DNA of 64,000 nt. Source: an uncultured delta proteobacterium. Its GTDB lineage: Bacteria > Desulfobacterota > Binatia > Binatales > Binataceae. The stretch spans positions 896,001-960,000 of the forward strand of contig CAWCDG010000004.1 in assembly GCA_963794325.1 (NCBI GenBank), in the 5' to 3' direction. Position 1 is the stretch's first letter. Each line of letters opens with the position of its first letter. Below, piece after piece: positions 49,700 through 60,982 of the stretch. The position numbers were made by a program, and so were the translations under genes. The notes under the pieces were generated by a model, which was not told the origin of the DNA, searched no databases, and saw only the letters and a list, made by a program, of their open reading frames with translations.

Positions 49700-52600
49700 G
49701 TGACACCCTTGCCGATCGAGACCGAACTCCGCGACTTAATTGACCGGAATCTCCCAGCGGATTCGGCCCCGCTCGTGCACGCGTTCGCTGATCGGCTTTT
49801 CGCGCGCGCCTCCGCCGATCATCGCGAGCGTGTCCCGGCCAAGCGGCGTCTTGCGCTCGTGCAGTCGGCGTTCGAATTTTTTTCCCTTCGCACCGAGCCG
49901 GTCATCGCGCGAGTCGCAACAGTCACTGGTGACGACAATGACACGCTCACCGTCGTCGAGACGGTCACCACCGATCGCCCGTTCATCGTGGACAGCCTGC
50001 TCGAATATTTCCATCAGCTCGGCGCGGCCGTTCGCACGATTCTCCATCCGGTCATCAAGGTTGCGCGCGATAAGCAGGGGCAAATCGTTTCGTTCGAACA
50101 GTCTTCCTCAAGCGAGCGCGGCGAATCGTTCGTTCACGCGGAACTCGAATTCAACCCGACGGCCGAACAGGCGCGTCAAATCGAGCGCGATGTCATCTCG
50201 ATTCTGACCGAGGTCAACGAGGCGACCGCCGACTTCGACGAGATGACCAGCCGCGCCCTGCAAATCTGCGAGGAGACCGCGGCCATCCGCGAGCTGGTCG
50301 AGGTCCGCGACCTCTTGCGATGGCTGGTCCAGGGCGGCTTCGTATTCCTCGGCTTTCGCCGCTACCTTGTGACCGGCGACGACGGCGCCGCTCGATTGGT
50401 ACTCGATCCCGGAACCGAGCTCGGCATCATGCGCGAGGATGACGAGTCGCGGTTTCGCAGCTCGGTCCCGCTCGACGAACTCTCACCCGCGCGACGAAGG
50501 CTGTTCTTCGAAGGACCGCCGCTGGTGATCGGCAAGACTCTCACCGAGTCGCACGTACATCGCCGCCGCCCGATGGACAGTGTCTCGATTCGGCGCGTGG
50601 ACGGATTCGGCCGCGTCGTCGCGTTCGACAATTTCGTCGGGCTGCTCACCTCGAAGGCCTATGCGGAAGAGGCGCAACACATTCCCGTTCTGCGCGCGAA
50701 GCTGCGTGAGGTCCTTGAGTCCGAGGGCGCCGCGCCCGGCTCGCACGATTACAAGGAAATCGTTTCCGCCTTCAACAGCTTTCCCAAGGACGAACTGTTC
50801 CGCGCGCCCGTCGCCGAATTGCGCGCGCAGTTGCGCCTGATCCTCGACGTCAAGAGCGAGGCCGCCGTGCGGCTCTTCATCGCGCCCGACCTGCGTCACG
50901 GCAACGTGATCGCGATGGTCGTGATGCCGCGCGAGGCCGGCTCCGCCGATCTCAGCCGGCGCATCCAGGACACTCTCGCCGCGGCGCTCCACGGCACGCT
51001 GGTCTATTTTCATTTGGGGCTCGGCGAGGGATATACGGCGCGCCTCCATTTCTGTTTCGTTGCCGATCCGCCGAAGACTTCGGTCATTCGCAGCCTCGAG
51101 ACCGCGATCGCCAACCTCGCCCGGCGATGGGACGATCGGTTGCAGGAGCAGTTGGTCAGAAAATTCGGACCAAAGCGCGGTCGCACGCTGGCTGAGCGAT
51201 GGGCCGGAGCGTTCGGCGCCGAGTATCAAGCGGCGATCGATGTGGCGCGCGCGGTCGGTGACGTCGAAGACCTCGAAAAATTGATCGCCGACGGCCGCGA
51301 TTTCATCGTCGAGGCCGGGCCTCACGCATCCGACGGTCACGCCGACGGGCGAAGCGACATCCGCATTGTCGGCCTCGGCGACGCTCCGAAGCTCTCCGAC
51401 CTGATGCCCACGTTGCAGAACTTTGCGATCGAGGTGCTGTCCGAGGACGCGCACGAGCTGCGTCCCGCGCACCGACGGCAAGGTGACGCGCGCATACCTG
51501 CAGGTTTTTTCCGTGCAGGGCCCCAACTCGCAGCCGTTCGCCAAATTTCCCGGCGCAGTGCTGATTGCCGACGCTATCGCCGCCGTGCGCAATGGTCTCA
51601 CCGCGGACGACGCCCTCAATGCGGTCACTCTGACCGCGGGACTCAGTTGGCGCGAGGTCGCGCTGCTGCGCGCGTATCTCGTCGCCACGTTTCAGATGCG
51701 CCTTGCGCCTTCCCGTCTCAGCTTGCAACGCGTGCTATTGCTGTATCCCGATGTCACGCGGTTGCTGTTTGAACTGTTCACCGCGCGCCTCTCGTTTGAC
51801 GATCCCGCGTCGCCCGAAAAAATCGCCGAGCTGCGCGAAGCGTATCTCGCTCATCTGGGCTCGATCGAAAATATTGCTGACGACCGGATCGCGCGCACCT
51901 TGCTCTCGCTGGTCGAGGCTACTGTGCGCACCAATTATTTCTGCGTGGTGCCGTCGCCCGATCCGTACATCGCGCTCAAGTTCGAAAGCGCGCGCATCGC
52001 CAGACTGCCCGACACCGCGCCGCTCTACGAAATTCGCGTCAACAGCCCGCGCATGGAAGGATGCCATCTGCGGCACGGACGCATCGCGCGCGGCGGCATC
52101 CGTTTCAGCGATCGCCCCGACGACTATCGCACCGAGATCCTCGATCTGATGAAGACTCAGACCGTGAAGAACGCGATCATCGTCCCACGCGGCGCCAAGG
52201 GCGGGTTCATCGTCAAGCCGCGCCCCCACCAACAGCCTGATCCCACTGACGGCGTCGATGCTTACAAGACGCTGATCAACGCGATGCTCGATCTCACCGA
52301 CAACCTCACCGGCGACGGGCCGGTGCATCCCGCTCGCGTCAGGGTGCTCGACAACGACGGGCCGTATCTCGTGGTGGCCGCCGATAAAGGCACTGCGAGT
52401 TTTTCGGACATCGCGAATCAAATCGCGATCGGGCGCGGCTTCTGGCTCGGCGACGCGTTCGCGTCCGGCGGCGAGCACGGCTACGACCACAAGAAGCTTG
52501 GGATCACGGCGCGCGGCGCGTGGGAGTCTGCGCGGCGTCATCTGCGCGAGATGGGCCGCGACCCCGACCGCGGCGCGCCGATCACGATGATCGGAGTCGG

Positions 52601-54479
52601 CGACATGTCGGGCGACGTGTTCGGCAATGGTCTGCTGCGCTCGCGCAACTTGAAGCTCATCGCCGCTTTCGACCATCGCCATATCTTCATCGATCCCGAT
52701 CCCGATCCAGCGGCGAGCTTCGACGAACGCAAGCGGCTGTACGATCTGCCGCGCTCGAGTTGGGCAGACTACAATCCCAAACTCATCAGTGCGGGCGGCG
52801 GGGTTTACCGTCGCGGCCAGAAGCGCATCGAGCTGAGTCCGCAAGCGCGCGCCGCACTCGGATGCCACGCCGACGCACTCGACGGCGAATCGTTGATTCA
52901 ATGCATCCTGCGCGCGCCGGTCGATCTGTTTTACAACGGCGGCATCGGCACCTACGTTCGCGCGACGAGCGAGACCGACGCCGAAGTCGCCGACCACGCC
53001 AACGACGCGTGTCGAATCACTGCGCCGGAGCTTCGCGCGAAGATCGTCGTCGAAGGCGGCAACCTCGGCTTTACCCAAAATGCGCGCATCGAGTACGCGC
53101 TAGCCGGCGGACGCATCAACACCGACGCGATAGACAACTCGGCCGGCGTCGATATGTCCGATCACGAGGTCAACCTCAAGATCCTTCTCGAACCCGCGGT
53201 GGCTCGCGGCGATCTCACTTTCGATGCGCGCAACCGAGCGCTCGCCGCATGCGCTGACGAAGTCGCCGATCGCGTCATCTGTGACAATCGCGACCAGGTG
53301 CTGTCGCTCAGTCTTGAACAGCTTCGCAGCCGCACGCAGTTGAACGAGTTTCGCGATCACCTCCAGGCCATCGCGGATCGCGGCATCCTGACCGGGATGG
53401 CGCCAGCGATTCCGCCGCGCGAGGCGCTCCACGAACGCCACGCGCGCTACCCAGGACTCACCCGCCCCGAGCTGGCGTTGACCACCGCATACACCAAGAT
53501 CGATCTCATCCAACGCATAGAGACCACGGTGCTGGTTGACGATTCGTACCTGGTCGGACGCTTCCTGCAGCCGTACTTCCCAGCCTCGCTCGCTGAGCAT
53601 GCGCAGGTCGCGACGCATCGCCTCCGTCACGAGCTGATCGCGACGCGCGCCGTCAACGAACTGGTCGATTTGGCCGGCTCAACCTACGTGTTCAGCTTCG
53701 TGCGCGATCGCGGCGTCGCGGCCGAGGATGTCGTCCGAGCATGGATAATCGCGAACGACGTGCTTTCGATCCACGAGCGCGCCGCCGAGCTCAAGCGCAA
53801 CGCCGACACGATCGCCGCCGAATCGGAGCTGGGCGCATTTCTCGCGCTCGAACACGCCTGCCGCAGCGCGACTGGATGGGCTCTCGGCGAATTGGAGCCG
53901 GCCACGTCGATCGGATCCGCGGTGACCCGCTTCAAGCCGGCATTTGAAAAGCTGTTCGCCGAATTCGAAACGATGCTCGCGGGGGCCGAGCGCGATCGTT
54001 TCGAGCGCCTCTACCGCGAGCTTCGGGCCGACGTGCTGGACGGCGAATTGGCGCATGGCCTCGCGCGCCTGGCTTTCGCGGATCACATTCTGAGCGTGCT
54101 GAGCCTGAGTTTCTCGCGTGAAATCGAACCCGCCAAAGCGGCGCACGCCTACTTCCAGCTAAGCGCTCAACTTAACTTCGCAACCCTCGAAGAGGCACTT
54201 CAATCGATCGGCACCGACGACCGATGGGAGCGGCGGGCCGCCAGCGAACTCGCCACCGAACTTCGCGCCGCGCGCATCGCGATGTGCCGAGCGGTGCTCG
54301 ACGCAATCGCCGACGATCCTGATTTGAAGGTGGATGAATCGATCGAGCAGTTGAAGCGAGTCCGCGCAAACCGTTTCGCCGAAGTCACCAGCCTGTTCGA
54401 CGAACTGAAATCCCTGGCAGCCCCGACCCTCCCAGCAATCCAGGTCACAATCCGCGCTCTCTCGCGCCTCGCCATATGA
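49700..54479 (+). pseudogene. gdhB: Large NAD-specific glutamate dehydrogenase with +1 frameshift near 51464 (probably a sequencing error)
   Basis: DRPFIVDS, ARGGIRFSDR, KNAIIVPRGAKGGF, YLVVAADKGTA, GDMSGDVFGNG; two ORFs join at a CCC run. Confidence 0.88.
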
Positions 54480-54516
54480 TGTGCAGTTTTCTTGATCGCG
54501 ATTGTAGCTTTCTACA

Positions 54517-55006
54517 CCGCGATTGTTCCCCTTCCCTCGAGGGAAGGGGTTAGGGGTTAGGTTGCTATACTCGCTCGCAGCGCCTGCCTGATGCGCTCGA
54601 TCACTGCCTCGCTATCGAGCATCGCTTCGTTCGAGAATCGCAGGACGCGTACTCCTCTGTTCAAGATACTTTTGTCGCGCGATTCGTCGTACTGCCACTT
54701 CTCTTCATGCACAGTACCGTCCAACTCAATGGCCAGCTTGGCTGCGTCAATAGAAGTCGACGATAAATCCTTCTATTACCTGCTGACGGCGGAAGTGAAA
54801 CCCGTCGAGACCATTTTTCCGAAGGACCATCCAAAGGCCACGTTCGGCCGGAGTCATTTCGCTGCGCAATCGCTTCGCGCGGGCGAGTATGTCGGGCTCG
54901 ACGTTTTGGCCGCGTACAATTTTCCTGCTGCAAGCCATCAGGTTCGCGGTTTGACCGAAAACCTAACCCCTAACCCCTTCCCTCGAGGGAAGGGGAACAA
55001 TCGCGG
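54517..55006. mobile_element. DUF559 cassette bounded by perfect 47-bp inverted family A elements
   Basis: 54517-54563 is the exact reverse complement of 54960-55006; the interior holds only the nuclease gene. Confidence 0.75.
54557..54938 (-). pseudogene. DUF559/Vsr-like endonuclease with frameshift near 54748
   Basis: AKRLRSEMTPAERGLW..LR...FRRQ..I..FIVDFY then DAAKLAIELDGTVH...YDESRD..LNRGVRVLRFSNE; stop TAA lies inside the left repeat. Confidence 0.88.
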
Positions 55007-55027
55007 GCGGGCTGATCGCTCGCTCCA

Positions 55028-56032
55028 TCACGACGCCACCTGCGGCAATTGCGCCGCCGTCGGTTGCATCGATGTCTGCGCGGCAGAATCGACGCTATCC
55101 GCGACCCGCGGCTCTCTCAAATCCTGGTACAGTCTTAATCCCGCCGCGACCAGGAATGCGGTAGTCGCGAAGTTGACGCCGATCTCGGCCAGGCCGACCA
55201 GAAAGATCGTCGTCCCGAGAAATCCCGTCACCACCCCGACTGGCCCGAATAGCAGGCTCACCACCACGAACGCTCCTGCGGCCCACGTGTTGTATCCCGA
55301 CCATACTGCGAGAAACACGACGATCCGTGTCGCGACCTTGAAGAAGCGCTTGCGCATCAGGTCGCGGCTGAACAGCAACGCGTGCCAGCTATGCTTCCCG
55401 TCGTAAATCAGCGCGTACTGCGCGAAGTACAACCAGGTGTAAATCAGCGCGCCGAGGATGATCATCAGCACCAGCGCGATATACGCCCACACTCCAATCG
55501 AGCCGGGCATGAACGTTGACGCTTCCTGGAACAGAAACAGCCCCAACGCCGGCGCGAGCAGTTGCAGAATCGTCACCCACACGAATCCCGGTACAAGTGG
55601 GATCGATCGGCGGTAAACTTCGATCGCCTCGTGGATGATCGTGGGCTCGCGAATTCCCGCCTGGATCCGCTTGAGCGAACACAACGTGACCAGAGTCACC
55701 TGCAGAGTGACCAGCCCGAAGATCAGATGTAGCGTCTTGGTGACCCACGGCGAGTACGGCTGCGGCTCCTGCAGCGGCGCGGGTGTCGGCGAGGGCGCCG
55801 GCTTGCTCGGCGTGTCGGCGCTATCGACCTGTGTGTAGCTGATATTTTGCGATCCCGGCTCGAAGGTCGTCGCCAGCCGGTATTGCAGATTCAACGCGTC
55901 CGGCAGCAGGCACAATGACGCCAGGAGCAGCAACGGCGCCAACACCACCGCCAGCACGGACCAATTTCCGCGCAGGTCGTTCACTGCATTGGCGAGATAT
56001 ATGAAGCTGCTTTTTAGGCGAACTGGATTCAC
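55028..56032 (-). CDS. Hypothetical integral membrane protein
   Basis: 334-aa ORF with about 6 TM segments. Confidence 0.7.
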   Translation of the reverse strand: MNPVRLKSSFIYLANAVNDLRGNWSVLAVVLAPLLLLASLCLLPDALNLQYRLATTFEPGSQNISYTQVDSADTPSKPAPSPTPAPLQEPQPYSPWVTKTLHLIFGLVTLQVTLVTLCSLKRIQAGIREPTIIHEAIEVYRRSIPLVPGFVWVTILQLLAPALGLFLFQEASTFMPGSIGVWAYIALVLMIILGALIYTWLYFAQYALIYDGKHSWHALLFSRDLMRKRFFKVATRIVVFLAVWSGYNTWAAGAFVVVSLLFGPVGVVTGFLGTTIFLVGLAEIGVNFATTAFLVAAGLRLYQDLREPRVADSVDSAAQTSMQPTAAQLPQVAS

Positions 56033-56150
56033 GGCGCGTTAGAGGTTGGCATCCCCGACCAATCGAGACAAGTCCGCCGCATCTGGCAATGACCAGTCAC
56101 GACTTCGATGATATAGTAACTGGAGAATCAGCCCACGGAGAATTGCACTC

Positions 56151-56408
56151 ATGGCCGACGACGTACGCGCATCGAAAATCGAGATCGAGCATGAGAACAA
56201 ATTGATTCGCCGACTACGCTTCCTGGTCGACCTGACCTTTGCGACGATCGCGCAGGACAACGAGATGACGCTCGACCTCGGATGGGAACACGTGCTCGCG
56301 CTCAAAGGCGCGGCGGTCGCGATGTTTCCCGGCAAGGAAGAGACATTCGATCTCGTCTATTTGCCGCGCTTCTCGCGTCTGCTCGCTGAGCGATTCGGCG
56401 CGAATTGA
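56151..56408 (+). CDS. Small conserved-looking hypothetical protein
   Basis: GGAG RBS, IRRLRFLVD...FPGKEETFDLVYLPRF; overlaps the nagA start. Confidence 0.7.
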   Translation: MADDVRASKIEIEHENKLIRRLRFLVDLTFATIAQDNEMTLDLGWEHVLALKGAAVAMFPGKEETFDLVYLPRFSRLLAERFGAN

Positions 56409-57517
56409 AGCTCGCGGGGCTTATCGCAAAGCCCGACGGCTCACTCGTCCGCGGGCAGGTCACCTTCACCGATCGGATCACCGCGCTCGATCCTGCTTCT
56501 CACCCAAGCGACGATTACATCCTGCCCGGATTCGTCGATCTGCAAGTCAACGGCTCGCACGGCATCGACGTGATGAACGCGTCCGTCGACGAACTCGCTA
56601 TTCTGAGCCGACACCTCGCGCGCGAAGGCACCACCGCGTGGATGCCGACCGCGGTCACCGCGCCAATCGAAAAGATCGATAAGGTTCACGAGTCGATCGC
56701 GACTGCATTCGAAAATTCGCGCAACGACGACTCCGCCGACAGTGCTGCCATCCCCGGCATGCATCTCGAAGGCCCGTTCATCTCGCCGCTCCGCCTCGGC
56801 GCGCATCCCGCGCTCAACCTCGAGCCTCGCGGCGACGCTTTCGATCGAGTGCTCGCGATGCGCGCGCTACGCTTGATCACTCTAGCCCCCGAGCTGCCCG
56901 GCGCACTCGACGCAATTCGCAGACTGACCGCGCGCGGCGTGGTCGTTTCGATGGGCCACACCAACGCAACTCTCGACGAGGCCAACGCCGGCATCGACGC
57001 GGGCGCCCGGATGTTCACGCATCTGTTCAACGCGATGCGCCCGTTAAATCATCGCGATCCCGGCGTCATCGCCTGTGCCCTTGCGCCAAGCGCCGCGATC
57101 GCCGCAATCATCCCCGACAATGTCCACGTTCACCCCGCTATATTGCGTCTCGCGTTCGACGCGCGCGGCAGAGGCGGACTGATCCTCGTCACCGATAAAG
57201 TCGCGCTGGCAAAAACCGCCGGCCTGGAGAAAAAAGTCGGCCGCGCACGCGCCACGATTCGCGACGGGGCCGCGCGCCTCGATGACGGCACCCTCGCCGG
57301 CAGCATCATCTCGATGCTCGACGGCGTCCGCATCATGATCGAAACCGTCCACGTCAGCATCGCCGAAGCCGCTGTGATGGCCTCCACCGATCCCGCCAAT
57401 CTCATCGGCGCCAACGATCGCGGCCGCATCGCGGTCGGCGCCCGCGCCGATCTAATCCTGCTCAGCCGGACCCTGGAGTTGAAATCTGTATTCGTCAGCG
57501 GCCGCGAGCTAACGTAA
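56405..57517 (+). CDS. nagA: N-acetylglucosamine-6-phosphate deacetylase
   Basis: PGFVDLQVNG, HLEGPF, THLFNAM, TD, LAGS. Confidence 0.92.
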   Translation: MKLAGLIAKPDGSLVRGQVTFTDRITALDPASHPSDDYILPGFVDLQVNGSHGIDVMNASVDELAILSRHLAREGTTAWMPTAVTAPIEKIDKVHESIATAFENSRNDDSADSAAIPGMHLEGPFISPLRLGAHPALNLEPRGDAFDRVLAMRALRLITLAPELPGALDAIRRLTARGVVVSMGHTNATLDEANAGIDAGARMFTHLFNAMRPLNHRDPGVIACALAPSAAIAAIIPDNVHVHPAILRLAFDARGRGGLILVTDKVALAKTAGLEKKVGRARATIRDGAARLDDGTLAGSIISMLDGVRIMIETVHVSIAEAAVMASTDPANLIGANDRGRIAVGARADLILLSRTLELKSVFVSGRELT

Positions 57518-57551
57518 TGCGAAACATTGAACCATCGACCGGAGCCAATAC

Positions 57552-58412
57552 ATGTCGCTGAATACCGCCTGCGTGGGCCGCGAATACCCGCCCGTCACCA
57601 TCAACGTCACCCTCGACGCGCTCCAGAAGTACGCGCGCGCATACAACGATGATAACCCCAGTTTCTTCGACGCGAACCGCCCCGCCGGCATCGTCGCTCC
57701 GCCGATGTTCGGCGTCGTCGTCACTTGGGACGCCCTGATGAAAGCCATGATGGATCCCGACTTGCACGTTGATTTGCTGCGCCTCGTTCACGGCGAGCAG
57801 GATATGGAATTTCCAAATTTGATTCGCCCCGGCGACGTCATCACCGCTACCGCGAAAATTATTTCGATCGAGGCGAAGTCCACCGGCGAGACGATGACCG
57901 TCGAACTCAGCGCCACCAATCAAAAAGGGCAGCCCGTTCAGCGGACCCACTTTATTATTTTTATTCGAGGCGCTCGAAATCGCGACGCCGCATCCGCGGA
58001 GCCGCGCCCTGTCGAGCCTGATCGCGGCGCGCCGCTTTTTTCCGTCGCGCAAACCATCGACAAGGATCAGACCTTCCGCTACCGCGATGCCTCCGGCGAT
58101 CCCAATCCGATCCACGTCGATGAGAACATCGCGAAGATGGCGGGCCTACCCGGCATCATCGTCCACGGCCTCTGCACAATGGCGTTTACCTCGAAGGTCG
58201 CGATCGACAAACTCTGCGCAGGCGATCCGACGCGTCTGAAGCGCCTGCGTGTGCGCTTCTCGCGACCAGTGCTGCCCGGCCAGACCATCACCACCAAAGT
58301 CTGGGCCGTCAACGAAAGCGAGCGCGGCGGTCGCAAAGTGTTCGCGTACGAGACTTTCAATCCCGACGGCCAGCCCGTCATTAAGGGCGGCATCGCCGAA
58401 GTCGCACCCTGA
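57552..58412 (+). CDS. Double hot-dog MaoC-family (R)-enoyl-CoA hydratase/dehydratase
   Basis: LVHGEQ, SGDPNPIH, IVHGLCT, RFSRPVLPG. Confidence 0.88.
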   Translation: MSLNTACVGREYPPVTINVTLDALQKYARAYNDDNPSFFDANRPAGIVAPPMFGVVVTWDALMKAMMDPDLHVDLLRLVHGEQDMEFPNLIRPGDVITATAKIISIEAKSTGETMTVELSATNQKGQPVQRTHFIIFIRGARNRDAASAEPRPVEPDRGAPLFSVAQTIDKDQTFRYRDASGDPNPIHVDENIAKMAGLPGIIVHGLCTMAFTSKVAIDKLCAGDPTRLKRLRVRFSRPVLPGQTITTKVWAVNESERGGRKVFAYETFNPDGQPVIKGGIAEVAP

Positions 58413-58416
58413 TTTT

Positions 58417-59676
58417 GTGAAGATCACCATCGGCCTCTCGCTCTCCCTGACCGGCGAATACGCGCCGATGGGCCGGCAGGCCGAACTCGCGATTCGACTA
58501 TTCATCGCCGACGCCAACGCCAGCAACGCGCTGCGCGTCGGTGGCCTGCGATGTGAGTTCGCGCTCGAATGCCACGACGACGCGAGCGATCCGATCCGAT
58601 GCGCCGAGATCTATCGCATGTTATGCGGCGATCGGCGCGTCGATGTTATCTTCGGTCCGTACTCCAATCGCCTCGCACGCGTCGCCGCGCCCATCGTCGA
58701 ACAATCCGGCCGCCTTTTTGTCAATCACGGCGGCGCCGGTGACGAACTATACGATCGCGGCTATAAGCTAGTCGTCGGAGTACTCAGTCCGGCAAGTGAC
58801 TATTTGCGCGGCTTCGTCCGATTACTCAGTCAACTCAAGCTCTGGCGCAAACGGGTGGCAATAGTAGCATCGAAGACAGCCTTCGCTCGTGCGGTCGCGT
58901 CGGGCTTCGAGAGCGCCGCGGCCGAACGCGCCGCACGCCGCAAAGGAGTCCGCGTCCGCGTAAAATGGAACGGCGCATTCGACCCAGCTTCGACCCCCGC
59001 ACGCCTTTTTCCAGCGCTCACCCGCAACCGCGTCAACGCTCTCGCGAGCGCCGGCAGCTACGATCACGATGTCGCCGTAATCCGCGCGGTCGCGGAGTCC
59101 CGCCTCAACATCCCGGTGCTCGGATGCGTAGCGGCCGGCGTCGCTCGCTTCGCGTCGGACCTGGGCGAACTATCGGAGGGCATCGTCGGTCCTTCGCAAT
59201 GGGAGGACTCCGTCGATCTCGAACCCGCGCTAGGCCCGACACCAGCCGAGTTCGCGCGCCGAATGCGCGCAGCGGGCGCGGCCGAATCGTTCGACTATCC
59301 CGCAGCGCAGATCTACGCCGCTGGTCTCCTGACTGCCGCTGCGCTCGCGAGTGCCGGCCGATGCGACGACGCGATGCTTCGTGAAGCCTTCTCCGATTTG
59401 CGCACCACCACGATGTTCGGCGATTTCGCGATCGATCGCGTCACCGGCCGCCAGGTCGGCCACCAGATGCTGCTCGTGCAATGGCATCGCGGGCGCAAGG
59501 TGATCATCGTGCCCGAATCGCACGACGATTCCGGCTCACTGGATTTTCCTGCCGGATACCGGCTGATCCTTGCCGGATTCGAAGCTCTTCGTTTAACTCG
59601 TCCGGACCATTTGGACGACAGCGAAGACGAATCTAACGATCCCGACGCGGAGAAAGATGAACGCAATCACGATTAG
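58417..59676 (+). CDS. LivJ-like (periplasmic binding protein type 1) domain protein without signal peptide
   Basis: ITIGLSLSLTGEYA..G, DDASDP, FGPYS, QW; begins directly at the mature-domain strand. Confidence 0.75.
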   Translation: MKITIGLSLSLTGEYAPMGRQAELAIRLFIADANASNALRVGGLRCEFALECHDDASDPIRCAEIYRMLCGDRRVDVIFGPYSNRLARVAAPIVEQSGRLFVNHGGAGDELYDRGYKLVVGVLSPASDYLRGFVRLLSQLKLWRKRVAIVASKTAFARAVASGFESAAAERAARRKGVRVRVKWNGAFDPASTPARLFPALTRNRVNALASAGSYDHDVAVIRAVAESRLNIPVLGCVAAGVARFASDLGELSEGIVGPSQWEDSVDLEPALGPTPAEFARRMRAAGAAESFDYPAAQIYAAGLLTAAALASAGRCDDAMLREAFSDLRTTTMFGDFAIDRVTGRQVGHQMLLVQWHRGRKVIIVPESHDDSGSLDFPAGYRLILAGFEALRLTRPDHLDDSEDESNDPDAEKDERNHD

Positions 59677-60865
59677 CCTGAAACGCGGCAAGGTCCTCGC
59701 CATCGGCCTGATGTCCGGGACTTCGCACGACGGTGTGAGCGCCGCGATTGTCGAACTCGATGAAGTTGCGCGTCCGCCCGCGCGTCTGATCGCGTTTAAC
59801 ACTTTTCCGTACCCCGCACGCTTCCGCAAAGAACTGCTCGACGCTTCCGCCGACGAGAAAATCGGCGCCTCCGCGATTTCCACACTCAACTTTGCGCTCG
59901 GACGAGAATTTGGACGCGCCGCAATCGGGATCGCGCGTCGCTCGAACGTGCTACTCTCTGATGTGGCGTTCATCGGATCTCACGGCCATACCGTTTTTCA
60001 TCTGCCTCCGCGCCGCACGCCACGCGGCCAGGTCGCCTCCACCTTGCAGCTCGGCGAGTCCGCGGTCATCGCCGCAGCCACCGGTGTTCCGGTCGTCGCC
60101 GACTTCCGCACGATGGACGTGGCACTGGGCGGCGAGGGCGCTCCGCTCGCACCGCTCGCTCATCTCTGGATGTTCGCCGACCCCAAGCGCGGCCGGATTG
60201 TGCAAAACATTGGCGGCATCGCCAACGCCACCTACATCCCTCCCCGCGCACGTCTCGGCCACCCCGACCTGATCGCGTTCGACACCGGACCCGGCAATGG
60301 CATGATCGACGCGCTCGCATCGCGAATCTCCGGCGGGCGCTTGCGAATGGACCGCGACGGGCGCATCGCGGCGAGCGGTCACGTCAGCGAGTCGCTGCTC
60401 GCAAAGATGATGCAACATCCTTACTTCCGTCGCCGCCCGCCGAAATCCACCGGCCGCGAGGAGTTCGGACCCGACCTGCTCGATCGCATCGTCGCCGACG
60501 CCCGCGGCATGAAAATCGTTGACCACGATCTACTCGCGACCGTCACCGCCCTCACCGCGCGCTCGATCGCGGACGCATGCCGCCGCTTCATCTCTCCGCG
60601 TGGTCCCGTTGACCAGTTAATCGTCACCGGCGGTGGTGCGAAGAATCCAACCTTGATTCGCATGATCGCGGCCGAGTTACCGGATATCGAAGTGATCACC
60701 GCCAAGGACGTCGGCGGCGACGGCGACGCGGTCGAGTCTGTCGCGTTCGCGATTCTCGGTTACCAGATGCTTCGCGGCCGCCAAGGAAATATTCCGAGCG
60801 TGACGGGCGCCCGGGCTCCCGCCATCCTCGGCAAGCTCACGCTGCCCCCGCGCCCACCAAGATGA
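59657..60865 (+). CDS. anmK: Anhydro-N-acetylmuramic acid kinase
   Basis: GLMSGTSHDG, GSHGHT, DFR..D.ALGGEGAPL, FDTGPGN, PPKSTGRE. Confidence 0.94.
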   Translation: MNAITISLKRGKVLAIGLMSGTSHDGVSAAIVELDEVARPPARLIAFNTFPYPARFRKELLDASADEKIGASAISTLNFALGREFGRAAIGIARRSNVLLSDVAFIGSHGHTVFHLPPRRTPRGQVASTLQLGESAVIAAATGVPVVADFRTMDVALGGEGAPLAPLAHLWMFADPKRGRIVQNIGGIANATYIPPRARLGHPDLIAFDTGPGNGMIDALASRISGGRLRMDRDGRIAASGHVSESLLAKMMQHPYFRRRPPKSTGREEFGPDLLDRIVADARGMKIVDHDLLATVTALTARSIADACRRFISPRGPVDQLIVTGGGAKNPTLIRMIAAELPDIEVITAKDVGGDGDAVESVAFAILGYQMLRGRQGNIPSVTGARAPAILGKLTLPPRPPR

Positions 60866-60876
60866 TTTCTGTCTTT

Positions 60877-60957
60877 GGTTCCCCTTCCCGCTCGGGAAGA
60901 GGTTACTCCCAACAATCCGGTTCCCCTTCCCGCTCGGGAAGGGGTTAGGGGTTAGGT
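60877..60957 (+). repeat. Family A element, tandem dimer (GCTC-loop subtype)
   Basis: Short-tail unit 60877-60905 plus full unit 60913-60957; same architecture as 14871-14951. Confidence 0.92.
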
Positions 60958-60982
60958 TCTTCGGCTACGGCGGAGTGCCGTC

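Noticed and set aside
51450-51480. Programmed frameshift in gdhB
   Set aside because: No slippery heptamer or known recoding precedent; other indels in the window point to sequencing error
54500-55020. Classical IS with target-site duplication
   Set aside because: No DDE or HUH transposase motifs and no clear direct repeat outside the inverted ends
54591-55406. 271-aa plus-strand ORF
   Set aside because: Antisense to the DUF559 gene and a membrane gene, and reads through the repeat (LTPNPFPRGKG is the translated element)
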